Shown here: positions 46,652-57,341 of the stretch, piece after piece
How positions within the stretch are numbered: the stretch's first letter is position 1
How the letters are laid out: every line of letters begins with the position of its first letter
Assembly (NCBI GenBank): GCA_963830575.1
Contig: CAWHNR010000005.1
Span: forward strand, 22-64,021
Length of the DNA stretch: 64,000 nucleotides
Source of the DNA: an uncultured Actinomycetota bacterium
GTDB taxonomy: Bacteria > Actinomycetota > Actinomycetes > Propionibacteriales > Nocardioidaceae
Direction: 5' to 3'
Notes under the pieces: generated by a model
Told to the model about the DNA's origin: nothing
Database searches by the model: none
What the model saw: only the letters and a program-made list of their open reading frames with translations
Position numbers and translations under genes: made by a program

Positions 46652-47823
46652 TGGCCCAGCAGATCTACCTGCACGTCGGGTCGCCCAAGACCGGGACGAC
46701 CTTCCTGCAGCAGGTCCTGTGGTCCCAGCGCGCCCTCGCCGAGTCGCAGGGGCTCCAGCTGCCGGGGGAGCGGTTCAACGACCACTTCCTCGCCACCCTC
46801 GACGTCCGCGGCGTCGCCGGTCCGCCCCACCCCGACGAGTCGGTCGGCGCCTGGAACCGGTTGAGCGACGACGCGCGCAGCCGCGGCGGCACGGTGCTCA
46901 TCTCCCACGAGCTGTTCGCCGCTGCCGACAAGGACCAGGCGCACAAGGCGGTCGGCTGGCTCGGCGCCGACGTCGAGGTGCACGTGGTGATCACCGCTCG
47001 CGACTACGTGCGTCAGGTCACCGCGGAGTGGCAGGAGCACGTCAAGCACCGCAACAAGAGCACCCTCGGCGAGTTCGTCGGGCGGATCCGCGAGCAGGCG
47101 CCGGAGCGCAGGGGCTGGTTCTGGCTGGTGCAGGACTACGCCGACCTCGCGCAGCGCTGGGGCTCGCGGATCCCGCAGGAGCGGGTCCACGTGATCACGG
47201 TGCCGCCGAAGGGCTCACCCGGGGCGCTGCTGTGGGACCGGTTCGCCGGCCTGCTCGGCCTCGACCCGGCGGCCTTCGAGCTCAGCGCCTCGCGCACGAA
47301 CCCGTCGCTCGGTCGTGAGCAGGCGGAGGTGCTGCGCCGGGTCAACATCGCGCTCGGCGACCTGCTGCCTCACCCCGGCCCGTACTCGAACGTCGTCAAG
47401 GACATCCTGGCCCACGGCATCCTCGGCGGTCAGACCGGCGGCACCCCGCTCAAGCTCACGCCCGAGGACGCCGCCTTCGCCCGCGCCGAGTCCGAGCGGG
47501 TGGCCGAGCGCCTGGGGGCCATGGGCGTCGACGTGATCGGCTCGCTCGACGACCTCGTGCCGGACGACGCCGCCGTGGCTGCCGCCTCCGACGCCGACGC
47601 CTACGCCGTCCCGTCGGACGAGGCGATGCTGGCCGACGCGATCGCGGCCATCACCGGGCTGCTCGACGCCATCAACCTGCGCAACATGCAGCACGGGCAG
47701 CAGAGCGAGACCGTCGAGGCGATGCAGCGGCGTCCGATCCGGACCGCGCTGAGCCAGGCCGCCGAGGAGCGGCCGGCCCTCGACAAGGCCCGCGGCCTGT
47801 ACCGCCGACTGCGCCAGCCCTAG
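46651..47823 (+). CDS. Sulfotransferase-like P-loop protein (paralog 1)
   Basis: YLHVGSPKTGTTFLQ, ISHELF, ARDYVRQVTAEWQEHVK, NPSLG; coupled to the PLD stop (TGATG). Confidence 0.7.
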   Translation: MAQQIYLHVGSPKTGTTFLQQVLWSQRALAESQGLQLPGERFNDHFLATLDVRGVAGPPHPDESVGAWNRLSDDARSRGGTVLISHELFAAADKDQAHKAVGWLGADVEVHVVITARDYVRQVTAEWQEHVKHRNKSTLGEFVGRIREQAPERRGWFWLVQDYADLAQRWGSRIPQERVHVITVPPKGSPGALLWDRFAGLLGLDPAAFELSASRTNPSLGREQAEVLRRVNIALGDLLPHPGPYSNVVKDILAHGILGGQTGGTPLKLTPEDAAFARAESERVAERLGAMGVDVIGSLDDLVPDDAAVAAASDADAYAVPSDEAMLADAIAAITGLLDAINLRNMQHGQQSETVEAMQRRPIRTALSQAAEERPALDKARGLYRRLRQP

Positions 47824-47828
47824 CAGAC

Positions 47829-47850
47829 GTCCCGGTCGTCGCGACCGGAC
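47829..47850 (+). terminator. GC-rich hairpin after the sulfotransferase-like gene
   Basis: GTCCCGGTCG-TCG-CGACCGGAC; no U-tract. Confidence 0.4.
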
Positions 47851-47875
47851 GACACGGCGTCCGGGGGTCGATTTC

Positions 47876-47890
47876 TGTGACTTGTGTGAC
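47876..47890. promoter_or_regulatory. TGTGAC-N3-TGTGAC direct repeat (MtrA-like)
   Basis: TGTGAC-ttg-TGTGAC upstream of the secreted EEP gene. Confidence 0.45.
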
Positions 47891-48001
47891 AGGTGGGCTT
47901 GGTGTGGTCTACGGTACTCGAGCGGCGTCGCCTACCACCAGGATCGCTCGCAGCCCGCGGCGACACGCCGTCTTCCCCGAACTGCAGCAGGAGATTCCAC
48001 G

Positions 48002-49057
48002 ATGCTTGGACGATCCCCCCGTCGTGCCACCGGACTCGGGCTCGCGCTCGCGATCGCCGTCCTCACCCCGGGCCTCGCCGGCACGGGCCAGGCGCGCGCC
48101 GACGACCCGGAGCCCGAGGAGCCGCAGTACATCACCGAGGCCCCGCTGAGCATCGCGACCTTCAACGTCGCGGCCTGGGTCAAGACCGAGAAGTCGATGG
48201 CCGACATCACCCGGCTGATCACCGACGGCAACCCCGACATCGTCACCCTGCAGGAGATGGGGAGCCCCGCGAAGCGCCAGCTGGTGCGCGCGACGTTCGT
48301 CGACTGCGAGACCTGCGTCTACGACATGTACGCCCCGCTGCCGGCGACCTCGGCGAGCACGCCGATCCTCTTCAGGACCGACCGGTTCGCGCTGCTGAAG
48401 GCGGAGTCGGTCCAGGTCACCGAGCCGACCTTCGTCGGCAAGAAGGGCGCCGGCCCGTCGACGATCGCGGCGAAGTACGTCAACCGCGTCGCGCTGCGCG
48501 ACCTGGTGACCAAGCGCCGCATCCAGATCCTCAACAACCACGCCGTGCCGTCGGTGCAGGGCCGCAGCGGTGGCCCCAACATGGCCATGAAGGCGCGGCT
48601 CGGCATCTACCGCAAGCACATGGCGGGCCTGCGGGCGGTCATCGAGAGGGTGCGTGCCGGGAGCGGCGGCCTGTTCCTCGTGACGGGCGACCTCAACGTG
48701 AACTTCCGGCGCGACCGCGTGCTCGCCCCCAAGATGTTCCCGTACTACAACATGGGGCTGGAGAGCCTGCGGGCCAGCTACGAGGTGCTCGGCGAGCCGA
48801 AGATCGGCACCCACCACCTCGGCAACGGCAACGACACCCGTCTCATCGACTACGTCTACGCCGAGAACCGCCGGGCCCTGCAGCCGGTGAGCCAGCGGAT
48901 CATCGGCCGGATGAACTCCGACCACCGCTCGCTCCTCGTCACCTTCCGGGTGCTGACGATGAAGCCGATCCTGGTCGAGCCCACCGAGCCGACCGAGCCG
49001 ACGGACCCGACCGAGCCGACCGAGCCCACCGACCCGACCACGCCGACCGCTCCGTAG
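48002..49057 (+). CDS. Secreted EEP-family phosphodiesterase with C-terminal (PTE/PTD)n tail
   Basis: Signal peptide ending ARA; ATFNV, TLQE, VTGDLN, IDYV, SDH; 9-bp repeats at 48975-49050. Confidence 0.85.
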   Translation: MLGRSPRRATGLGLALAIAVLTPGLAGTGQARADDPEPEEPQYITEAPLSIATFNVAAWVKTEKSMADITRLITDGNPDIVTLQEMGSPAKRQLVRATFVDCETCVYDMYAPLPATSASTPILFRTDRFALLKAESVQVTEPTFVGKKGAGPSTIAAKYVNRVALRDLVTKRRIQILNNHAVPSVQGRSGGPNMAMKARLGIYRKHMAGLRAVIERVRAGSGGLFLVTGDLNVNFRRDRVLAPKMFPYYNMGLESLRASYEVLGEPKIGTHHLGNGNDTRLIDYVYAENRRALQPVSQRIIGRMNSDHRSLLVTFRVLTMKPILVEPTEPTEPTDPTEPTEPTDPTTPTAP

Positions 49058-49126
49058 CACCGGCCACTAGGCTTCGGCACGGCCCGGACGTCGGGCCGGC
49101 GGTGCCTCGGCGAAGGAGCGGACGCG

Positions 49127-50291
49127 TTGGGCGGAGGGCAGGAGCGGCCGCGCGTCGTCCTGCACATCGGCACCCCCAAGAGCGGGACGACGTTCCTGCA
49201 GCACGCGCTCTGGGCCAACCGGGACGCGCTGGCCCAGGCCGGCGTCGAGCTGCCGGGGGAGCGCCAGCGCGACATGTTCTGGGCCGCCGTCGAGGTCGGT
49301 GAGGCGCACGCCTTCTGGGGCCTGGCGCCCGAGACCGTCGACGGGACGTGGGCCCGGCTCTGCCGCGGCGCCCGCGAGCACCGCGGCACCACCGTGATGA
49401 GCCACGAGCTGCTGGCGGGCGTCGAGCCCGAGCAGGCGGCGCGCGCGCTCGCCGAGCTCGAGGGCGTCGACCTGCACGTGGTCGTCACGGTGCGCGACCT
49501 CGCGCGCCAGATCACCTCGGAGTGGCAGGAGCGCGTCAAGAACGGCGGCCAGCGCTCCTTCCGCGAGTTCTCAGAGGCGGGCGACCCGACTGATGCGCGA
49601 GGGCCGGTTCAGCGAGGGGTTCTGGCGCCACCACGACACCATCGCGATCCTCGACCGCTGGACCTCCGGACTGGCCCCCGACCGGGTGCACGTGGTCGTG
49701 GCGCCGCCGGCGGGGGCCGACCCGCGGGTGCTGTGGCAGCGCTTCGCGGAGGCCTGCGGCTTCGACGCGACCGGCCTCGACCCCGACCCGCCGCGGGCCC
49801 GCAAGCCCACGCGCAACGCCGCGCTGGGCGTCGTCCAGGTGCAGCTGCTCCGCTCGGTCAACCAGGCGCTGGCGGGGCGGATCAGGCAGCCCGCCTACGC
49901 GCGGGTCGTCAAGGACCAGTTCGCCGAGCAGCTGCTCGCCGCCCAGACCTCGCCGCGGCCCCAGGCGCCGCGCAAGCTGACCCAGACGCTCCGCACGGTG
50001 GCCAAGCAGCGCAACCGCGCCATCCGGCAGCGCGGGTACGTGGTGCACGGCCGGCTGTCCGAGCTGGTGCCCCCGCAGGTGCAGGGCGTGCCCACCCACC
50101 CGGACGACGTCGCCGCCGAGCAGCTCGCGGCGGCGTACGCCGAGGTCGTGGCGGCGATGCTGGTCGAGCAGGCCGAGGAGCGCGCCGCGCGCCGGACGCG
50201 GCGGGCCGGGCGGGGCCCCGCGGCTGCGGGAGCGCGTCGTCCGCAGGCTCGCCGGCCTCCGGCGCTCAGCTGTTCTCGCTGGCGAAGCTGA
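49127..50291 (+). CDS. Sulfotransferase-like P-loop protein (paralog 2)
   Basis: LHIGTPKSGTTFLQ, MSHELL, VRDLARQITSEWQERVK, NAALG, HPDDV; frameshift near 49580. Confidence 0.7.
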
Positions 50292-51856
50292 CGACGAGCC
50301 GCGCCACGTGCGGGTCCTCGTCCTTCATGGGCGCGAGCCCGGTGCCGGCCTCGCGGTGCAGCGACCCGGCCGCCCGCGGCCTCGAGCTGCGCGACCACCG
50401 CCGCCGACGTCGAGGAAGCGCCGGCGCGGGTTGTCGAAGTGGTGCGGCCGCCGCCGGTCCTGCCCGGTGCGGAACTCGAGGAAGAGGAGGCCGCCGCGGC
50501 GCAGCGACATCGAGGCCAGGCGCACGAGGTTCTCGCGGCCGGTCTCGTCGAGCGCGTGCAGCAGGAACCGGCCGTAGAGGTCGACGGGCTCCTCGGTGCG
50601 GCTGAGGCGGTGGCCGAGCGAGGCGACGTGGCGGTAGTCGTTGAGGTTGAGGACCTCGCGGAGCACGGGCGGCTCGGGCTTGCGGTCGGCCCACCGCTTC
50701 AGCACGCCGAAGACGTAGTCGACGGCCGTGACCTCGCGACCCTGGCGCGCGAAGAACCGCGAGTCGCGGCCGGTGCCGGCCCCCAGGTCGACGAGCGGGC
50801 GGGTCGACGGGTAGGTCTCGTGCACCCAGGTGGCGAAGCTCGACGGGGCGTTGGGCACCTGCTTGCTGGGGCCGGCGTAGAAGGCGTCCCACGCCTTGCG
50901 GTCGGTGCGCAGCCCGCCGAACCAGCCCGCCGAGGCGGCGCGAGAGCCAGACCGGGGTCTCGTACTTGAACGACGGGTCCGGGACGAGGTAGCCCGGGCC
51001 GTAGGTCTCGGCGAGCAGCCGGTCGGAGTCGGCCGGTGCCGGCATCGGGCGGCCGAGCAGCTCGACGGTGGTGAGCGGCAGGATCGTCTCGCGCGGCAGC
51101 TCGAAGCCCGGTGTCGGACGGCATGTAGAGCACGCCCTCGACCCAGTGCGCGGTGAAGACGTCGACGAAGCGCATCGTGCCGTCGCGGCTGCCTGATGCG
51201 CACGTTGAGGCGGGTGCCCGAGCCGCGGCGCACCGACCAGCCGGCCTCGGCCAGGCACCCGCTCGACCCGGAAGCCCTCGCGGACGACGTCGACCGGCGT
51301 CGGCTGCTCGCTGACGTAGGCGATGTCGACGTCGTTGTCGTGGCCGATCAGCCGGCCGTTGCGCACCGCGCCGAGGAGGGTGCCGTAGGAGATGAACGCG
51401 GGGACGCCGGCCTTGTCGCGCAGGTCGTCGCAGCAGGCGTCTCGACCTGGTCGAGGAACTCCTCGAGGGTGGCGTCGCCCTCGGCCGAGAGCGGCCGGGT
51501 GAGGCGGCATGTACTTGTCGAGGACGAGCGGGTTGCCGCTGCTTGTCGATGACCTCGACCTCGACGTCGTCGTCGGCCCTCGAACACGTGGTGGCCGGTG
51601 GCGAGCGGCTCCTCGCTCAGGTGCTGGCGGAGGACGACGTCGCACTGGCCGACGAGGTAGCGGCGCAGGGCCTTGGGCCACTCGGCCCTGAGCCCGCCGC
51701 CCTGGGGGTGGTGTCGCGGCTGGGCTGCAGCGACCAGACGTGCAGGCCGTTGAGGAGCACGTCGTAGGTGCGAGTCGGGGTCGAGGTCGGCCGGCAGCAC
51801 GATCGACCGGTCGTCGACGGTCAGGCCGCGGGGGCTGCGGGGGAGTCGGCGCTCAC
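50266..51856 (-). CDS. LicD-family phosphotransferase fused to a class I SAM methyltransferase
   Basis: ISYGTLLGAVRNGRLIGHDNDVDIAY, LLAETYGPGY..PDPSF, then LVDLGAGTGRDSRFF, YGRFLLHAL, FLEFRT. Confidence 0.75.
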
Positions 51857-53031
51857 GCGACCTCCTCGTGGTCGGGCTCGTCGGGCTCGTCCGGCTCGCC
51901 GGCTGGCCGCGCCGCGCGCGCGCGGGCCCGGACCCGGCGCACCAGCCGCGAGAAGCCGACCGCCGTCGGCACCGCCGCGGGCCAGGGCACGCCAGCGGTC
52001 GCGCTCCATGGTCATCTCGCGCATGTCGCGGATCATCTGCTCGATCGCGCGGGTGGCGACCTCGAGCAGCTCGCCGTCGGTGACGTCGTCGGGGTGCGGG
52101 CCGGTGCCGGCGCTCACCGCTGGTGAGCTCGGCGAGGTCGCCGACGACGTCGTAGCCGCCCTCCTCGATGGTGCGGGCGGCCTGGGCGGCGCGGGCGCGG
52201 AGCAGGTCGACGTACTCCTCGCGAGGCGCGAACCGCGGCCCCTTCTGCGGCACCAGCACCTCGTGCCCGAAGTAGCGGCGGACCCAGCGGTGCCGCACCG
52301 GCCCGTCGAGCAGGACGCCGGAGAGGTGCTGGTTGACCTTGCGCACGAGCGCCGCCTGCGGTGCCCCGAGCGACTCGTTCGGGTAGTGCACGTCGAGGTC
52401 GAAGCCGGTGTCGTCGATCCCGAGCGACCTCGCAGAAGCGGTGCCACAGCAGGTCGCGCGGGGCACCCGGGCGCGGGCACGGTGACGACGTGGATCCGCT
52501 CGGGCGGCACCGCGGAGGACCAGCGGGCCAGCACCTTCTCGACGTCCTGGGAGTCCCAGCTCCACGCGCCCCGGGGCGCGCCGGGCCCGCCCTCGAAGGC
52601 GGCCTTCATGAAGTCGTCGAAGCTGCTGTCGTGGCTGCGCATCTTCTGCGCCTCCTGCCACACCGCCGGGCACTGGCGCACGTAGTCGCGCACGGTGACC
52701 ACGACGTGCACCTCGGCGGGCGCGAGCTCGGAGACCACGCGGGCGACCTGGTTGCGGGTGCAGATGCAGAAGAACTCGTGGGAGACCAGCCCGTTGCCCT
52801 CCCACGTGGCGAGGGGCCTGATCGAGCCGGGCCCAGGCGCCGTCCTCGCGCACCGCGGAGGCGGTGGTGCGGCGCAGGTCGTGGTGGGCGTCGTAGTGGT
52901 CGAGCCGGGCGCGACCCGGGGTAGAGGAAGCCCTGGGCGCGCAGCTTGCGCCGGTTGTGCCACAGGGTCGTCTGCAGGAAGGTCGTGCCGGTCTTGGGCA
53001 GACCTGCGTGCACGTAGACGCGGTCAGCCAC
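51853..53031 (-). CDS. Sulfotransferase-like P-loop protein (paralog 3)
   Basis: YVHAGLPKTGTTFLQ, VSHEFF, VRDYVRQCPAVWQE, NESLG, HPDDV. Confidence 0.7.
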
Positions 53032-53045
53032 TCAGCAGCCGCCCG

Positions 53046-53300
53046 TCACAGGACGGTCGAGTGGCTGTCGACGTAGGCCTGGACCTTGGCCTCGTCGCGC
53101 TGGCTGAGCGGGACGACGAGCTCCTCGACGACGTCCATCAGCTCGGCCAGGCGGCGGTTGAGCCGGCGCAGCTCCTGCACCTCGTCCTCGAGGACCTTGA
53201 CCCGCTCGGCGAGGTCGCCCCCGCCCGCGCCGGACACGCTGCCGCGTCGCTGGGCGAGCCACTGCTTCGCGCGGGAGCCGCGCTGGCCACTGGTCGTCAC
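53046..53300 (-). CDS. Small coiled-coil protein (DUF6752-like)
   Basis: LAERVKVLEDEVQELRRLNRRLAELMDVVEELVVP. Confidence 0.6.
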   Translation of the reverse strand: MTTSGQRGSRAKQWLAQRRGSVSGAGGGDLAERVKVLEDEVQELRRLNRRLAELMDVVEELVVPLSQRDEAKVQAYVDSHSTVL

Positions 53301-53415
53301 ACCGGCACGATAGCGTGACCCCCGCCCTCGCCGGCCCACCGGCGCGGGCACACGCGGTGTCACCCGAGGGCGCGGCGACGACAGCACGACGGACAGCACG
53401 AGGACAGGAGCGCAC

Positions 53416-54153
53416 GTGATCGGGATGGTGCTGGCAGCAGGGGCCGGACGGCGGCTGCGGCCCTACACGGACACCCTCCCGAAGGCGCTGGTGCCGGTCG
53501 ACGACGACGGGCGCACCATCCTCGACATCGCGCTGGCCAACCTCGCGGCCGTCGACCTGCGCGACGTCGCCGTCGTGGTGGGCTACGCCGCCGGGGCGGT
53601 CGAGGAGCGCAAGGCCGAGCTCGAGGCCAAGCACGGCGTGAACCTCACCCTCGTCTTCAACGACAAGGCGGAGATCTGGAACAACGCCTACTCGCTGTGG
53701 TGCGCGCGCGACCTGCTCACCGACGGCGCGCTGCTGGTCAACGGCGACACCGTGCACCCGGTGTCGGTCGAGGAGACGCTGCTCGCCAACCGCGGGCCCG
53801 GCATCCTGCTCGCCGTCGACACCCAGAAGCAGCTGGCCGAGGAGGAGATGAAGGTCCAGGTCGGCGACGACGGGGGAGTCACCCGCATCACCAAGCTGAT
53901 GGACCCCGCCACCGCCTACGCCGAGTACATCGGCGCCACGCTGATCGAGGGCGCGGCCGCGGCCGACCTCGCGGCGTCGCTGCAGGCCACCTTCGAGCGC
54001 GACCCCGACCTCTACTACGAGGACGGCTACCAGCACCTGGTCGACAACGGCGGCTTCGTGGGCACCGTCCCGATCCCCGACGGCACCCGCTGGGTCGAGG
54101 TCGACGACCACGTCGACCTCGCCAAGGCCCGGGACATCGCGTGCCTCTACTAG
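53416..54153 (+). CDS. NTP transferase (phosphocholine/sugar-phosphate cytidylyltransferase family)
   Basis: VLAAGAGRRLRP.TDTLPKAL, WNNAYSL, LVNGD, EEEMK, WVEVDDHVDL. Confidence 0.87.
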   Translation: MIGMVLAAGAGRRLRPYTDTLPKALVPVDDDGRTILDIALANLAAVDLRDVAVVVGYAAGAVEERKAELEAKHGVNLTLVFNDKAEIWNNAYSLWCARDLLTDGALLVNGDTVHPVSVEETLLANRGPGILLAVDTQKQLAEEEMKVQVGDDGGVTRITKLMDPATAYAEYIGATLIEGAAAADLAASLQATFERDPDLYYEDGYQHLVDNGGFVGTVPIPDGTRWVEVDDHVDLAKARDIACLY

Positions 54154-55215
54154 CGCGGATGCTGGCCAGCCCGCTGGTCGTCGACATCCGTGCGGGCGCC
54201 GTCGACCGGCTGCCCGAGCTGCTGCACGAGAACTACCTCTCGACCACGGGCAACGTGATGGTCGTGGTGGGGCCGCTCGACCGGCGAGGAGATCTGGGGC
54301 CGCATCGAGTCCTCGCTGCCCGAGGCGACGATGGAGGTGGTCGACGGCGCCAGCCTCGAGGAGGCCGGCCGGCTGCAGGAGCTGCTCGGCCGCCGCGGCT
54401 ACGACGCCGTGGTCGCGATCGGCGGCGGGCGCACCCTCGACGTCGCGAAGTACGCCGCGATGCGCGCCGCGCTGCCGATGGTCGCGGTCGCCACCAACCT
54501 CGCCCACGACGGCCTGTGCTCGCCGGTCGCCTCGCTCGAGCACCCGCACGGCAAGGGCTCGTTCGGGGTCGCGATGCCGATCGCCGTCGTGGTCGACCTC
54601 GACTACGTGCGGGCCGCCCCGGCCAAGCTGGTCGCGGCCGGCGTCGGCGACGTGGTCAGCAACCTCTCGGCGATCGAGGACTGGCTGCTGGCCTCCCGCG
54701 AGCGGGGCGAGCCCGTCGACGGGCTGGCGATGGCCTTGGCGCGCACGGCCGCGCAGGCGGTGCTCGCGCGCACCGACTCGATCCGCGACGACGACTTCCT
54801 GGTCGTGCTCGCCGAGGCCCTGGTGCTCTCGGGCATGGCGATGTCGGTCGCCGGCACGTCGCGCCCGTGCTCGGGCGCGTGCCACGAGATCCTGCACGCC
54901 CTCGACCAGGCGTTCCCCGGTCGCTTCGACCACGGCGAGATCGCCGGCGTCGGGGCCCTCTTCGCCACCTACCTGCGCGGCGACCACGCGATGCTCGCCG
55001 AGCTGCACGCCTGCCTCGGGCGCCACGGGCTGGCCGCCACGCCGGCCGACCTCGGCATCACCGACGCCGAGTTCGTGGCCGCGGTGCTCGCCGCGCCGGG
55101 CACCCGGCCCGACCGGTACACGATCCTCGAGCACCTCGCGCTCGACGAGACGGCCGCCGCCGAGGCCGTCGCCGGGTTCGTGAGCCACGTCACCGGGCTG
55201 GCCGGCGCCCGCTGA
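54141..55215 (+). CDS. Glycerol-phosphate dehydrogenase of the EgsA/AraM (sn-glycerol-1-phosphate DH) family
   Basis: IGGGRTLDVAKY, TNLAHDG..SPVAS, GVGDVVSN, SRPCSGACHEILH, HGE, RYTILE; frameshift near 54280. Confidence 0.8.
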
Positions 55216-55324
55216 GGGCGCCTCGAGGGGAGCGCGGCCGACGCCGCGTCGAAGTCAGCAGAACAGGTGGGCTTTGGTAGTCTGCGAGATGCCCATGACC
55301 GCCTGACCCCGAGGATCCCAACCC

Positions 55325-57341
55325 GTGGTGACAGTCCCCGAGGCCGCGACGACAGCCGGCTCGAGTGCCCTTCCCGAGACCGGCCACCGCGTGGTCCAGC
55401 GCACCTTGATGCGCGCCGACGAGGACCTCGACGTCCGCTCCCTCTACATGTGGGCCGTGACCACGCTCAGCGGCGGTGAGAGCGACGTCGACGGTGACGA
55501 CGAGGGCCGCTACGTCGACCCCGACGTCGGGCTGCAGGGCTACGGCCGCGTCAACGACGACCACGAGACCGTCGTCGACCCGGGCCGCCGGATCACCTTC
55601 GGTGCCTACTTCAACGCGTTCCCCGCCGGGTACTGGCGCCGCTGGACCGACTACACCCACGTCCGGCTCGAGGCCACGCTGCGCGGCGAGGGCACGTTCA
55701 TCGTCTACCGGTCGACGTCCAAGGGTCACGTGCTGCGCCACAGCGCCACGCCGGTCGACACCCTCGGCGAGGGCGCCGACGGCACCGGAGTGCAGACGAT
55801 CAGCCTCGACCTGCCGCTGCAGCCGTTCATCGACGGCGGCTGGTACTGGTTCGACATCGAGGGCGGCGAGCACGAGCTCACGCTCGCGGGTGCCAGCTGG
55901 GCCATCGAGACCGACCGGCTGACGTCGGGCACGGTCTCGCTGGGCATCACGACGTTCAACCGCCCCGACTTCTGCACCGACCAGCTGCTCAACATCGCGA
56001 GCGACCCCGAGCTGCTCGAGATCGTCGACCACGTGATCGTCGTCGACCAGGGCAACCAGACCGTGGCCGACCACCCGCAGTACGCCGCGGCGGCCGAGGC
56101 CCTCGGCGACAAGCTGCGCGTGATCACCCAGCCCAACCTCGGCGGCTCGGGCGGCTTCTCGCGCGCGATGCACGAGACGGTCGAGGCCGGCCTGTCCGAC
56201 TACGTGCTGCTGCTCGACGACGACGTGGTCTGCCAGCTCGACGGCATCCGCCGTGCGATCGCGTTCGCCGACCTGGCCAAGACCCCGACCCTCGTCGGCG
56301 GCCACATGTTCAGCCTCTACGACCGCACCGTGATGCACGCCTACGGCGAGACCGTCGGGCGCTGGCGCTGGTTCTGGGGTCCCGCGCCGGCCACGACGCA
56401 CGGCCACGACTTCTCCCAGATCCCGATGCGCTCGGCCAAGTGGATCCACCGCCGCATCGACGTCGACTTCAACGGCTGGTGGATGTGCCTCATCCCCACC
56501 CAGGTCGTCAAGGAGATCGGGCTCTCGCTGCCGATGTTCATCAAGTGGGACGACTGCGAGTTCGGCCTGCGCGCCGGCGCCGCGGGCTTCCCGACCGTGT
56601 CGTTCCCCGGGGCCGCCGTCTGGCACGTGCCGTGGACCGAGAAGGACGACACCCTCGACTGGCAGGCCTACTTCCACGAGCGCAACCGGCTCGTCTCGGC
56701 CCTGCTCCACTCGCCGTACGACCACGGCGGCCGGCTGGTGCTCGAGAGCATGGAGAACCACGTCAAGCGGCTGATCTCGATGCAGTACAGCACCGGCGAG
56801 ATCATCATGATGGCGCTGCAGGACGTGCTCGACGGCCCGGAGCGGATGCACCGCGACCTGCGCAGCCGGCTCGGCGAGATCCGCGAGCTGCGTGCCGGCT
56901 TCGACGACGCCCGCCCGCGCACCGACCTCGACCTGTTCCCGGCGCCCAAGCTCAAGAAGCCGCACAAGCGCGGCAAGGGCGTCGGCATCCCGACGAGCCG
57001 CTCCGGCAAGATCATGATGGCCGCGACCGGCCTGGTGCGTCAGGTGACCAAGCCGCGCGACCTCGCCGCCGAGCACCCCGAGGGGATCATCCCCCACGTC
57101 GACCAGCGCTGGTACCGCCTCGCGCACTTCGACTCCGCCATCGTCTCGGCCGCCGACGGCAGCACCGCCGCCTGGCACCGCCGCGACCGCAAGGCGTTCA
57201 CGGCCCAGATGTCGAAGTCCTCGGCCATGCACGCCCGGCTCTACCGGGAGTGGCCGAAGCTCAGCGCCCGCTACCGCGAGGCGCTGCCCGCACCTGACCT
57301 CGCCCGAGGCGTGGCTCGAGTCCTTCCACGACGACGAGTGA
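55325..57341 (+). CDS. glfT2: GlfT2-like polymerising galactofuranosyltransferase
   Basis: YFNAFPAGYWRRWT, NLGGSGGF, LLDDDV, NGWWMCLIP, FIKWDD, DWQAYFHERN; true stop overlaps the next start (GTGA). Confidence 0.87.

Noticed and set aside
54141-55215. Archaeal-type ether lipid synthesis inferred from the G1PDH-like gene
   Set aside because: No GGGP/DGGGP synthase is in the window, and the context is polysaccharide biosynthesis.
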